A stretch of 64,000 nt of DNA from an uncultured Candidatus Peribacteria bacterium (GCA_964460365.1 CAYWPL010000008.1:7835-71834), one strand, 5' to 3'. Shown: positions 22,188-30,308, numbered from the stretch's first letter. Program-made: numbers and translations. The notes: generated from the letters alone by a model not told the origin.

Positions 22188-23207
22188 TCAGCGTACCTCT
22201 TTTCCGAGGGCTCCGGCGACCGCGCGGACGCCGTGCATGCAGTCTTTCCAGCGTTCGGCGTCCAGAAGCTGCGGAGCATCGGAGAGAGCTTCCTCGGGAC
22301 GCGGGTGGATTTCGATGATGAGACCGTCGCAACCCACGGCGATGCCGCCGCGCGCGTTGTCCGCCACCCAGCGCGCCTTGCCCGCCGCGTGGCTCGGGTC
22401 GACGACAATCGGGAGGTGTGTCAGTTCGCGCAGTGCCGGGACGGAACCGAGGCAGAGCGTGAAGCGGACTTCTTCTTCGAACGTGCGGATGCCGCGCTCG
22501 CAGAGGATCAGCTTGCCGTTGCCTCCCGCGAGGATGTATTCGGCCGCGAGCAGGAACTCCTCCAGCGTGGCGCTTAAGCCACGCTTGAGCATGACGGGCT
22601 TACGACTCTTGCCTGCTCTCCGCAGCAGGTCGTAGTTTTGCATGTTCCGCGCGCCGATCTGGATGATGTCGACGTACTGCTCCATCAAATCGATCTGCGC
22701 TTCATTCATTGCCTCCGAAATTGTCGCCATGTCGTATTTCTCGCCGGCTTTTTGCAGGAGCTTCAAGCCGTCCTCGCCGAGACCGTTGAAGGAGTATGGA
22801 CCCGTACGGGGTTTGAAAGCGCCGCCGCGCAGCACCTGCACGCCCTCGGATTTGACCATCGCGGCCGTCTCGTCCAGCTGCGATTCGGACTCGATCGAGC
22901 ACGGACCGGCCATCACCACGACGGTGTCGCGCGCGCCGATCATGCAGCCTTTGCGCAGTTCGATCTCGGTGCGGTCTTTCTTCTCGCGGGATGCAAGCTT
23001 GTACGGGCGATCGACGCGATCCACGGAACGGACGCCGTCGATGTTGCGGATCAGGTCTACTTCCACGGCGGCCGTGTCGCCGGGGACGGCGATAACGCGG
23101 CCGTTCTCGCCGATTACATGGCTCTCGCAGTTGTATTTGTGCTTGAGCAGCTCGCGGATATGGGCGATGAGGGGCTTGTCGTTCTTCTCTTTGAGGACGA
23201 TGAGCAT
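22188..23207 (-). CDS. 3-deoxy-7-phosphoheptulonate (DAHP) synthase, type I-beta, with an N-terminal ferredoxin-like regulatory domain
   Basis: 339 aa. The N-terminus MLIVLKEKNDKPLIAHIRELL...VDRPYKLASRE resembles the Thermotoga-type regulatory domain. The core carries GPCSIESE, LRGGAFKPRTGPYSF, MLKRG and VDPSHA. Confidence 0.9.
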   Translation of the reverse strand: MLIVLKEKNDKPLIAHIRELLKHKYNCESHVIGENGRVIAVPGDTAAVEVDLIRNIDGVRSVDRVDRPYKLASREKKDRTEIELRKGCMIGARDTVVVMAGPCSIESESQLDETAAMVKSEGVQVLRGGAFKPRTGPYSFNGLGEDGLKLLQKAGEKYDMATISEAMNEAQIDLMEQYVDIIQIGARNMQNYDLLRRAGKSRKPVMLKRGLSATLEEFLLAAEYILAGGNGKLILCERGIRTFEEEVRFTLCLGSVPALRELTHLPIVVDPSHAAGKARWVADNARGGIAVGCDGLIIEIHPRPEEALSDAPQLLDAERWKDCMHGVRAVAGALGKEVR

Positions 23208-23382
23208 GGGACGGGTGGGTAGAGGGAGGAACAGCAGAAAGTCCGCCTCCTCTTTGTCGGAAGCGCTGAGGCTGATCCGTCAAAGAGTGAGGTGCTTAGC
23301 TAAAAAAGAAAAAGCCGAAACCATACGCGGAGGCACTGCGCGGGAAAGCCTGTGCGGCGGTTGCGGCAGTCATTGCGGGAAT

Positions 23383-23411
23383 ATGGTACCGATGGTGCGA
23401 GGTTAGTCAAC
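23383..23411 (-). promoter_or_regulatory. Candidate sigma-70-type promoter of the aromatic operon (TTGACT-17-TACCAT), giving a ~170-nt leader
   Basis: Minus strand: TTGACT (23406-23411), a 17-nt spacer, then TACCAT (23383-23388). The DAHP synthase ATG is at 23207. Confidence 0.4.
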
Positions 23412-23468
23412 CGTCCGGGGCCGCATCTTTACGGTCTCTGCCCATCGTGGGGCGGTAAATAGGGTCTT

Positions 23469-25280
23469 CTATCTGTGCTTGGACATCTGCTCGAATCGCT
23501 CCAATTGCGTGCGTGCCATCGCATTGGCGGGATCGAGCACCACGGCTTTGCGCAGGACCCGGACGATGTCGTCGATGCGATTCTGGTCCGAGTATATCTC
23601 TGCAAGGTGGTAGTACGGATTCACGTTCGCGATGCGGAGAGCTACGGCACGTTCGTAGGCCGCTTGCGCCTCGTCACGGCGGTTGTGCGCGAGTAGCGCG
23701 TCACCGAGGTTCGCCTGCGCGTTGGCGTTCTGCGGGTCTAAGGTGGTGATACGTTCGAGTAGGGCGAAAGAGGCATCATCCTCACCGCCGTCCTGGAGAC
23801 GCGTGGCAACTGCTAACAGGACTTCGGCCAGGGTGTCGTCGCCCCGGACTTCGCGTTCGGTGAGCATCGGAATCATCTGCTTGTACGTGTCGAGCGCCTC
23901 GGCGGCTTTGCCCTGCTTGAGCAGCACGGACCCTGCGTTGATGTAGGGCAGCGCGTAGTGCGGATCGGCTTCCATCGCCTGTCGGTAGTAGCCCAGCGCC
24001 TCTTCACTGTTGTCCGCGGTGGCTCGCAGTACTCCCATGCCGCCGAGGGCTACGGCGTTTCGCGGATTTTCTTGGAGCACATGCCGGTACAGCGATTCGC
24101 TGTCCTGCCAGACAGGAATCGTTCGCAGGGTCACGAGCGTAAACGCTCCGGCGGCAGCAAATACCGCGACGGCAACCGGCACCGCGAGTGCGCGCCGCGT
24201 CCGGGCAAGTTTCTCACACGCCAGCGCGGCGCACAGAAAGATGCCGATGGATGGTACGTAGGCGTACTTATCGGATGCAAAGAACAACAGACCAGCCTTC
24301 TGCGCCGCGGCGAAGGTGGGCGCGAGCATCAGGAGAAACATCGCCGGTCCGAATGTCCAGAGCACGCCCCGATTGTGCAAGAGTGACGCGATGATGCCGA
24401 TGCCGAGCGTGGCGGTGACGACGACGGACAAGAGGATGAGCGGATCTCCGAGTGTGACGAGTTGCGTCTGGGTATGGAGGAGCGAGAGATGCGCGGGCCA
24501 CGCGAGTGCCCAGAGGTAATAGGCAATACTTTTCGCACCCAGTAGCAGCATCGTGAATAGTCCCAGCGGCGCAAGGGCCTGGCTGCCGCCGAACACGCCC
24601 GCGATGACGATCGGCGCGGCGACGACGAGATACGGAATTTTTTCCATGACGGGCGCTTTGGTCCAGGTCCTGCCGCGGACGGCGTCGACAAAAAACAGCA
24701 GCACGACGACCGGCAGCGTTGCCACTTTGGCGAAGAGCCCCAGGGCATAGAATGCGACGCTCCACCACTTTTGCCTCGTTTGGTGAGTGTCGAGATAGCG
24801 CACGTAGGTGATGAGCGAGAGGAGCGTAAAGAACGCCGAAAGCGTGTCTTTGCGCGACGATGCCCACAGGACGGCTTCGGTCTGGAGCGGATGCACCGCG
24901 AAGAGCAGCGCGGTGACGGCGGCTGGAAATCTGCGGCGAGTGAGGAGGAACACGAAGACGGCGACGAGCGCGGCGTTCGCGCCGTGCAGGAGGATGTCGG
25001 TCAGGTGGTAGATGAGCGGCTGCACCCCGCCGATGGCCGCGTTCACCTGGTACGAGACCATCGTGAGCGGAATGTAGAGCAGCATCGTGTATGACGAGAA
25101 GGCCTGTACCACGCCGCGGATCGACAGATCCTGCGCCAGCGGGCTCTGCACGATGAAGCGCGGATCATCGATGTCGATGAAGCCGTGCCGCAGCGACGGG
25201 AGATACAGCACGACGCAGAGGACGAACGCCGCGAGGGCGATCCACCGGATGGACAGACGCTCCAGAGAAGGCAGGCGCAT
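23469..25280 (-). CDS. Polytopic membrane protein with C-terminal TPR repeats (TMTC/PMT-like glycosyltransferase architecture)
   Basis: The track ORF 23469-25547 is trimmed to ATG 25280 (MRLPSLERLSIRWIALAAFVL...). About 10 hydrophobic segments are followed by clear TPR units (ALGYYRQAMEADPHYALPYINAGSVLLKQGKAAEAL...). Confidence 0.8.
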   Translation of the reverse strand: MRLPSLERLSIRWIALAAFVLCVVLYLPSLRHGFIDIDDPRFIVQSPLAQDLSIRGVVQAFSSYTMLLYIPLTMVSYQVNAAIGGVQPLIYHLTDILLHGANAALVAVFVFLLTRRRFPAAVTALLFAVHPLQTEAVLWASSRKDTLSAFFTLLSLITYVRYLDTHQTRQKWWSVAFYALGLFAKVATLPVVVLLFFVDAVRGRTWTKAPVMEKIPYLVVAAPIVIAGVFGGSQALAPLGLFTMLLLGAKSIAYYLWALAWPAHLSLLHTQTQLVTLGDPLILLSVVVTATLGIGIIASLLHNRGVLWTFGPAMFLLMLAPTFAAAQKAGLLFFASDKYAYVPSIGIFLCAALACEKLARTRRALAVPVAVAVFAAAGAFTLVTLRTIPVWQDSESLYRHVLQENPRNAVALGGMGVLRATADNSEEALGYYRQAMEADPHYALPYINAGSVLLKQGKAAEALDTYKQMIPMLTEREVRGDDTLAEVLLAVATRLQDGGEDDASFALLERITTLDPQNANAQANLGDALLAHNRRDEAQAAYERAVALRIANVNPYYHLAEIYSDQNRIDDIVRVLRKAVVLDPANAMARTQLERFEQMSKHR

Positions 25281-25330
25281 GTGCCTCAGTATACCGAAGG
25301 GGCTTTTCCCCGTCCGCTGAGGAAATTTTA

Positions 25331-25359
25331 TTGACAGCAAAAAAACCGTCACGTAACGT
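25331..25359 (+). promoter_or_regulatory. Candidate promoter TTGACA-17-TAACGT upstream of a 42-codon ORF
   Basis: TTGACA at 25331-25336, a 17-nt A-rich spacer, and TAACGT at 25354-25359. The ATG lies 11 nt further on. Confidence 0.35.
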
Positions 25360-25370
25360 TCGCGGCTCCG

Positions 25371-25499
25371 ATGAATCTCCAATCCGAGTGCCTGTCCTGC
25401 GACGCCGACTGCGCCACGCAGACGCTCAGCGACTTCGAGCAGGCGCTGGACCTCGCCAACCGCAACATGAAGAAGGGTCGCCGCCGCGCGCAGCGCTGA
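25371..25499 (+). CDS. Hypothetical 42-aa Cys-containing basic-tailed peptide
   Basis: Hand-read ORF MNLQSECLSCDADCATQTLSDFEQALDLANRNMKKGRRRAQR, below the track cut-off. It is bracketed by a promoter-like motif and a strong hairpin terminator. No family is recognised. Confidence 0.35.
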   Translation: MNLQSECLSCDADCATQTLSDFEQALDLANRNMKKGRRRAQR

Positions 25500-25527
25500 C
25501 CCCAAAGGACCCGGATGCCCCACATCC

Positions 25528-25558
25528 GCCGACTGCTGGATCGCCACCAGCAGTCGGC
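25528..25558 (+). terminator. Hairpin terminator after the 42-codon ORF
   Basis: GCCGACTGCTGG-atcgcca-CCAGCAGTCGGC (perfect 12-bp stem) followed by CCTTTGCGTT. Confidence 0.5.
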
Positions 25559-25773
25559 CCTTTGCGTTACTGCTGATTGCGCGCGAAGTGATCCAGAATC
25601 ATCGTGTCCACGTTGATTGTCTGCAGCTGGGCGGACAGCTGCTTTGCGTGCCAGCGTCAGAGGAAGTCCGCAGAACTCCTTGAGCCAGTTTCCCGCCATA
25701 CCCGCTCACCCGGAAGGCTGTGCATTCACGATAATATTTTGAAATATTGATAATTTTTGCGTCAAATGTTCCT

Positions 25774-28191
25774 TTATAGCGTCTTGAGCGGCGCGATGCT
25801 GAGCGCGAAAGATTTGGTCTGACCCGAATCGAATGTGATCGTGGCGATGTCGCCACGGCGTCCCGTGATCGTCCCGGCGCCGAAGCTCGGGTGCGTCACG
25901 CGCGTACCTTTGCCAAAGTCCGATCCGTCTTGATTCATATCTGCATCGAACTGCGTGTCCTGGTTGAACTCTACATTCGCCGGAGATGCATCGTTATTTT
26001 GACGGAATGGTTCGACCCGGCTCACCGCAGGTGACTGAAGCTTGGCGCGGGGGCCGCCGGAGCCGTAGCCTCCTGCCTTGATGCGGCCGCTCTCGCTGGC
26101 CCACGCGAAAGCGCTGAGCAATTCGTCGCTGCGACGCTCAGTGAGGTGCGCGGGAATGTCATCGAGGAACCGGCTGGGGGCGTTGCTCTGCGTCTCGCCC
26201 CAGAGCATGCGGCTGCGGGCGCAGAGCAGACGGAGGTTCGTCTTGGCGCGCGTCATGCCGACATACATCAGGCGCCGTTCCTCCTCCAGTTGGCTCTTAT
26301 CGATCGACGAGTTGCTGTGCGGGAAAATGCCTTCCTCGCAGCCACCGATCATCACGTGCTCGAACTCCAGGCCTTTGCACAGGTGCAGCGTCATCAGTGT
26401 GACCGCGTCGTCTTTCACGTCCGAGAGCTTGTCCACTTCCGAGACCAGCGCGACTTCCTCCAGGAAGCTCGTCAGGGAGGTGTGCGGATCGAGCCCGTCG
26501 TACTTGTGCGTGACTGTGAGCAATTCCTGGACGTTCTGCCACCGCTCTTGTCCACTATTTGGGCCATCGCTCGTGTCGTCCCGCAGCCAGCCTTCCATAT
26601 CGATAGCTTCCAGCAGCTGCGAGGCGAGCTCCGAGACTACATGCGTGGTCGTCATTCCCTGGAAACGCACGACCGTTTCGATGAACTTTTCGATGCGCGT
26701 GCGCACGCCTTCATTCAGATCCGGAATCTCGCCCGCAGCAGCCAGCGTTTGCCAGAGCGTCAGCCGGTTGGCTGACGCGTATGCCTGCATGTGGCCGATG
26801 CTCGTGAGTCCGATCTTGCGCGATGGTACGTTCAGAATGCGCAACAGCGAGAGTGTGTCCGCCGGGTTCAGGATCGCGTACAGGTAGGCCAGCACGTCCT
26901 TCACTTCTTTGCGCAGGTAGAACTTCACGCCGCCCACGATGCGATAGGGGATGCCCGCGCGCATGCAGGCTTCTTCAAACAGACGCGACTGCGCGTTAGT
27001 GCGATAGAGGATGACCTGGTCGTTGTACGGCACGTCGGCTTTGCGCATCGTCTCCGCGGCCATGATGGCCTCTTCGGCCTCCTTCCGTTCGTCACGCACC
27101 TCGTGGATCGTCACCATCGGACCGGTCTTGCGACTGGACCACATCATCTTCTCCGGCCGGTCGGGGTTGGCGGCGATGACGGCATTGGCGGCATCCAGCA
27201 CGATCTGCGTGGAGCGGTAGTTTTGCTCCAAATTGATGCGCAGCGCGTCCGGGTATTCTTTTTCGAATTCCAGGATGTTGCGGATGTCCGCGCCGCGGAA
27301 CGCGTAGATGCTCTGGTCCGGATCGCCGATGACGCAGAGGTTGCGGTACTTCTGCGCGAGCAAGCTAATGAACAGATACTGCGCGTGATTGGTGTCCTGA
27401 TACTCGTCGACGTGCAGGAATCTCCACGTCTCTTGGTACCGGTCCAGCACCTCGGGCACCTCGTGGAACAGTCGCACCGTCTCCAGGATCAGATCGTCGA
27501 AATCGAGCGCGTTGGCCTCCTTCAGCGCATCTTGATATCGCTGATACGCCCGGATGATCTGCTGCATGTGCGCCGTCGTGGCCTGCGGCATCGCGTCCTT
27601 GGGGCTCAGCGCCTCGCTCTTGAATCGCCCGACGTACCCGAGGGCCGCGCGGGCCTTCAGTTCCTTCTCATCGATCTGCATGTCCTTGAGCACGGTCTTC
27701 ATCAGCTTCTCCTGGTCGTCCGTGTCGTAAATCACGAATGTCCGGTCTCGCCCGAGGCGTTCGATGTCCCGGCGCAGGATGCGCACGCACACGCTGTGGA
27801 AGGTGCCCATCATGGGGAGGCGGCCTTCTATCCCTGTTTCCGGTCTCCTTTCCTCCATCCCCAAACCCCTTCCTCCAAGAGAGGAAGGGGGGATCTCTGT
27901 CCCAAGTTCCCCTCCTCCGAAGGAGGAGGGGATAGGGGTGGAGGAGGCGACCTTCAGCAAATTCTTGATGCGCTCTTTCATCTCGGTCGCGGCCTTGTTC
28001 GTGAAGGTCACGGCGAGGATCTGCCACGGCGGAACGCCCTGCTGCATCATGTGGGCAATGCGGTGGGTGAGGGCTTTCGTCTTGCCGCTGCCCGCGCCCG
28101 CGAGGATCAATGCCGGTCCTTGGATCTGTCTTACTGCCTGGCTCTGAGGCTCGTTGAGGTTGCCGAGAATGGGATCAGTATCGGTCTGCAT
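25774..28191 (-). CDS. pcrA: ATP-dependent DNA helicase, UvrD/PcrA family
   Basis: 805 aa. Motifs are AGAGSGKTKALTHRIA (Walker A), TFTNKAATEM, DFDDLI, VDEYQDTN, SIYAFRGA, YRSTQ, TLHLCKGLEF and YVGMTRAK. A C-terminal Tudor-like tail is present (GTRVTHPSFGAGTI). Confidence 0.93.
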   Translation of the reverse strand: MQTDTDPILGNLNEPQSQAVRQIQGPALILAGAGSGKTKALTHRIAHMMQQGVPPWQILAVTFTNKAATEMKERIKNLLKVASSTPIPSSFGGGELGTEIPPSSLGGRGLGMEERRPETGIEGRLPMMGTFHSVCVRILRRDIERLGRDRTFVIYDTDDQEKLMKTVLKDMQIDEKELKARAALGYVGRFKSEALSPKDAMPQATTAHMQQIIRAYQRYQDALKEANALDFDDLILETVRLFHEVPEVLDRYQETWRFLHVDEYQDTNHAQYLFISLLAQKYRNLCVIGDPDQSIYAFRGADIRNILEFEKEYPDALRINLEQNYRSTQIVLDAANAVIAANPDRPEKMMWSSRKTGPMVTIHEVRDERKEAEEAIMAAETMRKADVPYNDQVILYRTNAQSRLFEEACMRAGIPYRIVGGVKFYLRKEVKDVLAYLYAILNPADTLSLLRILNVPSRKIGLTSIGHMQAYASANRLTLWQTLAAAGEIPDLNEGVRTRIEKFIETVVRFQGMTTTHVVSELASQLLEAIDMEGWLRDDTSDGPNSGQERWQNVQELLTVTHKYDGLDPHTSLTSFLEEVALVSEVDKLSDVKDDAVTLMTLHLCKGLEFEHVMIGGCEEGIFPHSNSSIDKSQLEEERRLMYVGMTRAKTNLRLLCARSRMLWGETQSNAPSRFLDDIPAHLTERRSDELLSAFAWASESGRIKAGGYGSGGPRAKLQSPAVSRVEPFRQNNDASPANVEFNQDTQFDADMNQDGSDFGKGTRVTHPSFGAGTITGRRGDIATITFDSGQTKSFALSIAPLKTL
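27866..27931. repeat. Two perfect 10-bp GC-rich hairpins in tandem inside the pcrA coding sequence
   Basis: CCCCTTCCTC-caaga-GAGGAAGGGG lies at 27866-27890 and CCCCTCCTCC-gaa-GGAGGAGGGG at 27909-27931. They are translated as part of the insert SSFGGGELGTEIPPSSLGGRGLG between helicase motifs Ia and the TFHS segment. Confidence 0.9.
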
Positions 28192-28252
28192 GCGTGGGGG
28201 TCTGATGATGCCCGAAGCATCCGGTCTGCGCGACCGGATCGCGATGCTTCTG

Positions 28253-28594
28253 TCACGCCATGTCGTTATCGTCCAATTTGGTTTTGATACCGCCCATTAC
28301 CGCAAATCCGAAGCCCGGAGGCGGATATACATGTTCTCCGCTGGCCTGTTCGTGCAGGATGCCGAGCACCTCGAAGATCTCGGTCCTGCACGCCCTACAC
28401 ATGCGAAGGTGTTGGAGAAATGCCTCTTTGTGCTGCCGCGGAACGGCGAAGCCGGTTTCGATCCCCTTGTCCGCGAGTGTATCGGCGATCAGTGCCAGGC
28501 TCTCGGTATCTGGGTGACCGTCTTGGTCGAACGTGATGGTTGGGAGAAAGTCCTCCTCCCCTATGCCGTCGCTGACATGACGATCGACTGGCAT
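28253..28594 (-). CDS. Hypothetical 113-aa protein between rmuC and pcrA
   Basis: The track ORF 28253-28615 is trimmed to ATG 28594. That ATG lies one nucleotide after the rmuC stop (TAA-T-ATG). The sequence is acidic with a CRAC pair (LRMCRACRTEIFEVL). No family is recognised. Confidence 0.55.
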   Translation of the reverse strand: MPVDRHVSDGIGEEDFLPTITFDQDGHPDTESLALIADTLADKGIETGFAVPRQHKEAFLQHLRMCRACRTEIFEVLGILHEQASGEHVYPPPGFGFAVMGGIKTKLDDNDMA

Positions 28595-28595
28595 A

Positions 28596-29747
28596 TTAGA
28601 GCAGGGTGTGTGCACGACTGGCAGCCGCGACTTTCTTCGCGGTCACGCTCTCCACGGTGATTTCCAATGAGGGGGCAGCGACGCCCCGATCGGCGCGCAT
28701 TTCCTCGATCTTCGTCAGCTGGCGGTCCAGCTGGCGCTCGCGGGTGCCGACGAGTTCTTCATATCCTTTGTGTACTGTCTCGAAGCGCGCACGGACCGTC
28801 TCCATCTGCTCCTTGAATTTCTCCCATTGCTGCTTGAACGCGCCGAACACCGAGAGCATCTCCATGGATTTGCTCTCCATGCTGAAGTTGTCGATGCCTT
28901 GGCGAATGACGGAGAGGATCGCGTACAGGCTGAGCGGCGAGCAGATGATGGTCTTGGCGCGCATGGCCTCGTCGATGAGCGAGCGGTCGACCTCGTTGAT
29001 GAAGCCGAAGATCTGTTCATTCGGCACAAAGAGGAGCACGTAGTCGACCGTCTGGTCCTCGCCGTTGATGTAGTCGCGCGTCTGCACTTCCTTGATGCGG
29101 TCGCGGACGTCCTTCAGGAATTTCTTCTTGTAGTCCTCGCGGTCCTTCTCGCCCTCGGCTTCCACGTAGAGCTGATAGTTGTTGAATGGGAACTTCACGT
29201 CCATGTTCAGCTTGCGGTTCTGCGGCAGCAGGAAGGTGAAATCCGGCTTGGAGCCCGCCGCTTCCAGACGCTTCTGCTTGATGTAGTTGATGCCTTCGAT
29301 CAGACCCGAGAGCCGCAAAACGTCCTCGGCCATGCGTTCGCCCCACTGGCCGCGTCCGCTGTTGCTGGTCAGCGCGCTCTTGAGGTTGCCCGTGGTCTCG
29401 TTGAGATCATGAATGACTTTCGCGGCGTCGCCGAGGCGCGTATCGATCTTCACGTTGCCCTTGCCGATTTCCTGCATCAGTTTTTCCATTTTATCGAGAT
29501 CGCGCGTCAGGTCTTTCTTCATCGACTGCAAAGTGCCATCGATCACCTCCTTCTTACCTGTCAGCTTCGTCTCCGCGAGGCGCAGGATGTGCTCGGTCTG
29601 CTTGCCGACGACCGCGGCTGCGAGCGACTCCACCATCGCCTCAGAGTCTTTCTTGGATTTGCCCGCCATGAACTGCACGGCGAGCGCGCCGAGTGCTCCG
29701 CCGACGACCAAGCCGATGAGAAGAGAGGAGAGACTCACGGGCCGCAT
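28596..29747 (-). CDS. rmuC: DNA recombination protein RmuC
   Basis: 383 aa. An N-terminal TM helix and a long coiled coil are followed by the RmuC nuclease-like core (GQWGERMAEDVLRLSGL...PDFTFLLP...DVKFP...DYVLLFVPNEQIF). Confidence 0.88.
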   Translation of the reverse strand: MRPVSLSSLLIGLVVGGALGALAVQFMAGKSKKDSEAMVESLAAAVVGKQTEHILRLAETKLTGKKEVIDGTLQSMKKDLTRDLDKMEKLMQEIGKGNVKIDTRLGDAAKVIHDLNETTGNLKSALTSNSGRGQWGERMAEDVLRLSGLIEGINYIKQKRLEAAGSKPDFTFLLPQNRKLNMDVKFPFNNYQLYVEAEGEKDREDYKKKFLKDVRDRIKEVQTRDYINGEDQTVDYVLLFVPNEQIFGFINEVDRSLIDEAMRAKTIICSPLSLYAILSVIRQGIDNFSMESKSMEMLSVFGAFKQQWEKFKEQMETVRARFETVHKGYEELVGTRERQLDRQLTKIEEMRADRGVAAPSLEITVESVTAKKVAAASRAHTLL

Positions 29748-29773
29748 CCTAGCACACGCGTCCGTCTGAACAC

Positions 29774-29833
29774 TCTTGGCAGACAGGGTGGACTATCGTC
29801 CACTGTCATTGCCAAGAGGCTCTCCGGAGAGCC
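29774..29833. repeat. Two adjacent strong hairpins in the rmuC/rpsO divergent spacer
   Basis: The first is the composite hairpin TCTTGGCA-GACA-GG-GTGGAC-tatc-GTCCAC-TGTC-AT-TGCCAAGA (29774-29817). It is immediately followed by the 16-nt perfect palindrome GGCTCTCCGGAGAGCC (29818-29833) and ATTTTCC. Confidence 0.7.
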
Positions 29834-29956
29834 ATTTTCCTGGCCCCAGTCTTGCTTTTTCCCGCCAGATTCATAGAATACATCCCCGTCCGCGCTCCAG
29901 ACAGGGAATCTCCTTCCGTGGCGCGGCACTAACTGTTTTATTCATTCCCGAAAGCC

Positions 29957-30226
29957 ATGTCCATCAAGCGCACGCAGAAGAAAAACCTCATCACCAAGCA
30001 CCGCACGCACACCAAGGACACCGGTTCTCCGCAGGTCCAGATCGCCATCCTCACCAAGGAAATCGGCCTTCTCACCGACCACCTCAAGGACCACAAGAAG
30101 GATCACTCCGCCCGCCGCGGACTCCTCGGCAAAGTCGCGCAGCGCCGCAAGCTCCTCACATACCTCCGCATGAACAAGCCCGAGCAGTACCAGAAGGTGC
30201 TCGAGCTCCATAAGCTCAAGAAGTGA
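29957..30226 (+). CDS. rpsO: 30S ribosomal protein S15
   Basis: 89 aa. TGSPQVQIAILTKEIGLLTDHLKDHKKDHSARRGLLGKVAQRRKLLTYL. Confidence 0.96.
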   Translation: MSIKRTQKKNLITKHRTHTKDTGSPQVQIAILTKEIGLLTDHLKDHKKDHSARRGLLGKVAQRRKLLTYLRMNKPEQYQKVLELHKLKK

Positions 30227-30248
30227 GCCGTCTCACGCAGTGATTCAA

Positions 30249-30273
30249 GCGGTCCCCGAGGGCCGCTTTTTTT
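30249..30273 (+). terminator. rpsO intrinsic terminator
   Basis: GCGGTCC-ccga-GGGCCGC (7 bp including one G-U pair) followed by a run of seven T. Confidence 0.75.
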
Positions 30274-30274
30274 G

Positions 30275-30308
30275 TCCGTAGCGGAGGTTCATGAACCTCC
30301 GCTACGGA
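30275..30308. repeat. Perfect 34-nt palindrome TCCGTAGCGGAGGTTCA|TGAACCTCCGCTACGGA
   Basis: The halves are exact reverse complements. The same core recurs at 35371-35400, and a variant recurs inside aroA at 20832-20861. Confidence 0.92.

Noticed and set aside
23280-23324. 14-codon mini-ORF (MVSAFSFLAKHLTL) in the leader of the aromatic operon, considered as a Phe attenuator leader peptide.
   Set aside because: It has only two Phe codons and no SD. I could not find the alternative terminator/antiterminator hairpins that define attenuators. The adjacent T-rich run is not preceded by a stem.
25349-25699. 116-aa minus-strand ORF in the TPR-gene/pcrA spacer.
   Set aside because: The composition is Arg/Ser/Trp/Ala-rich. 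It runs antisense across the better-supported 42-codon ORF and through the 12-bp terminator hairpin.
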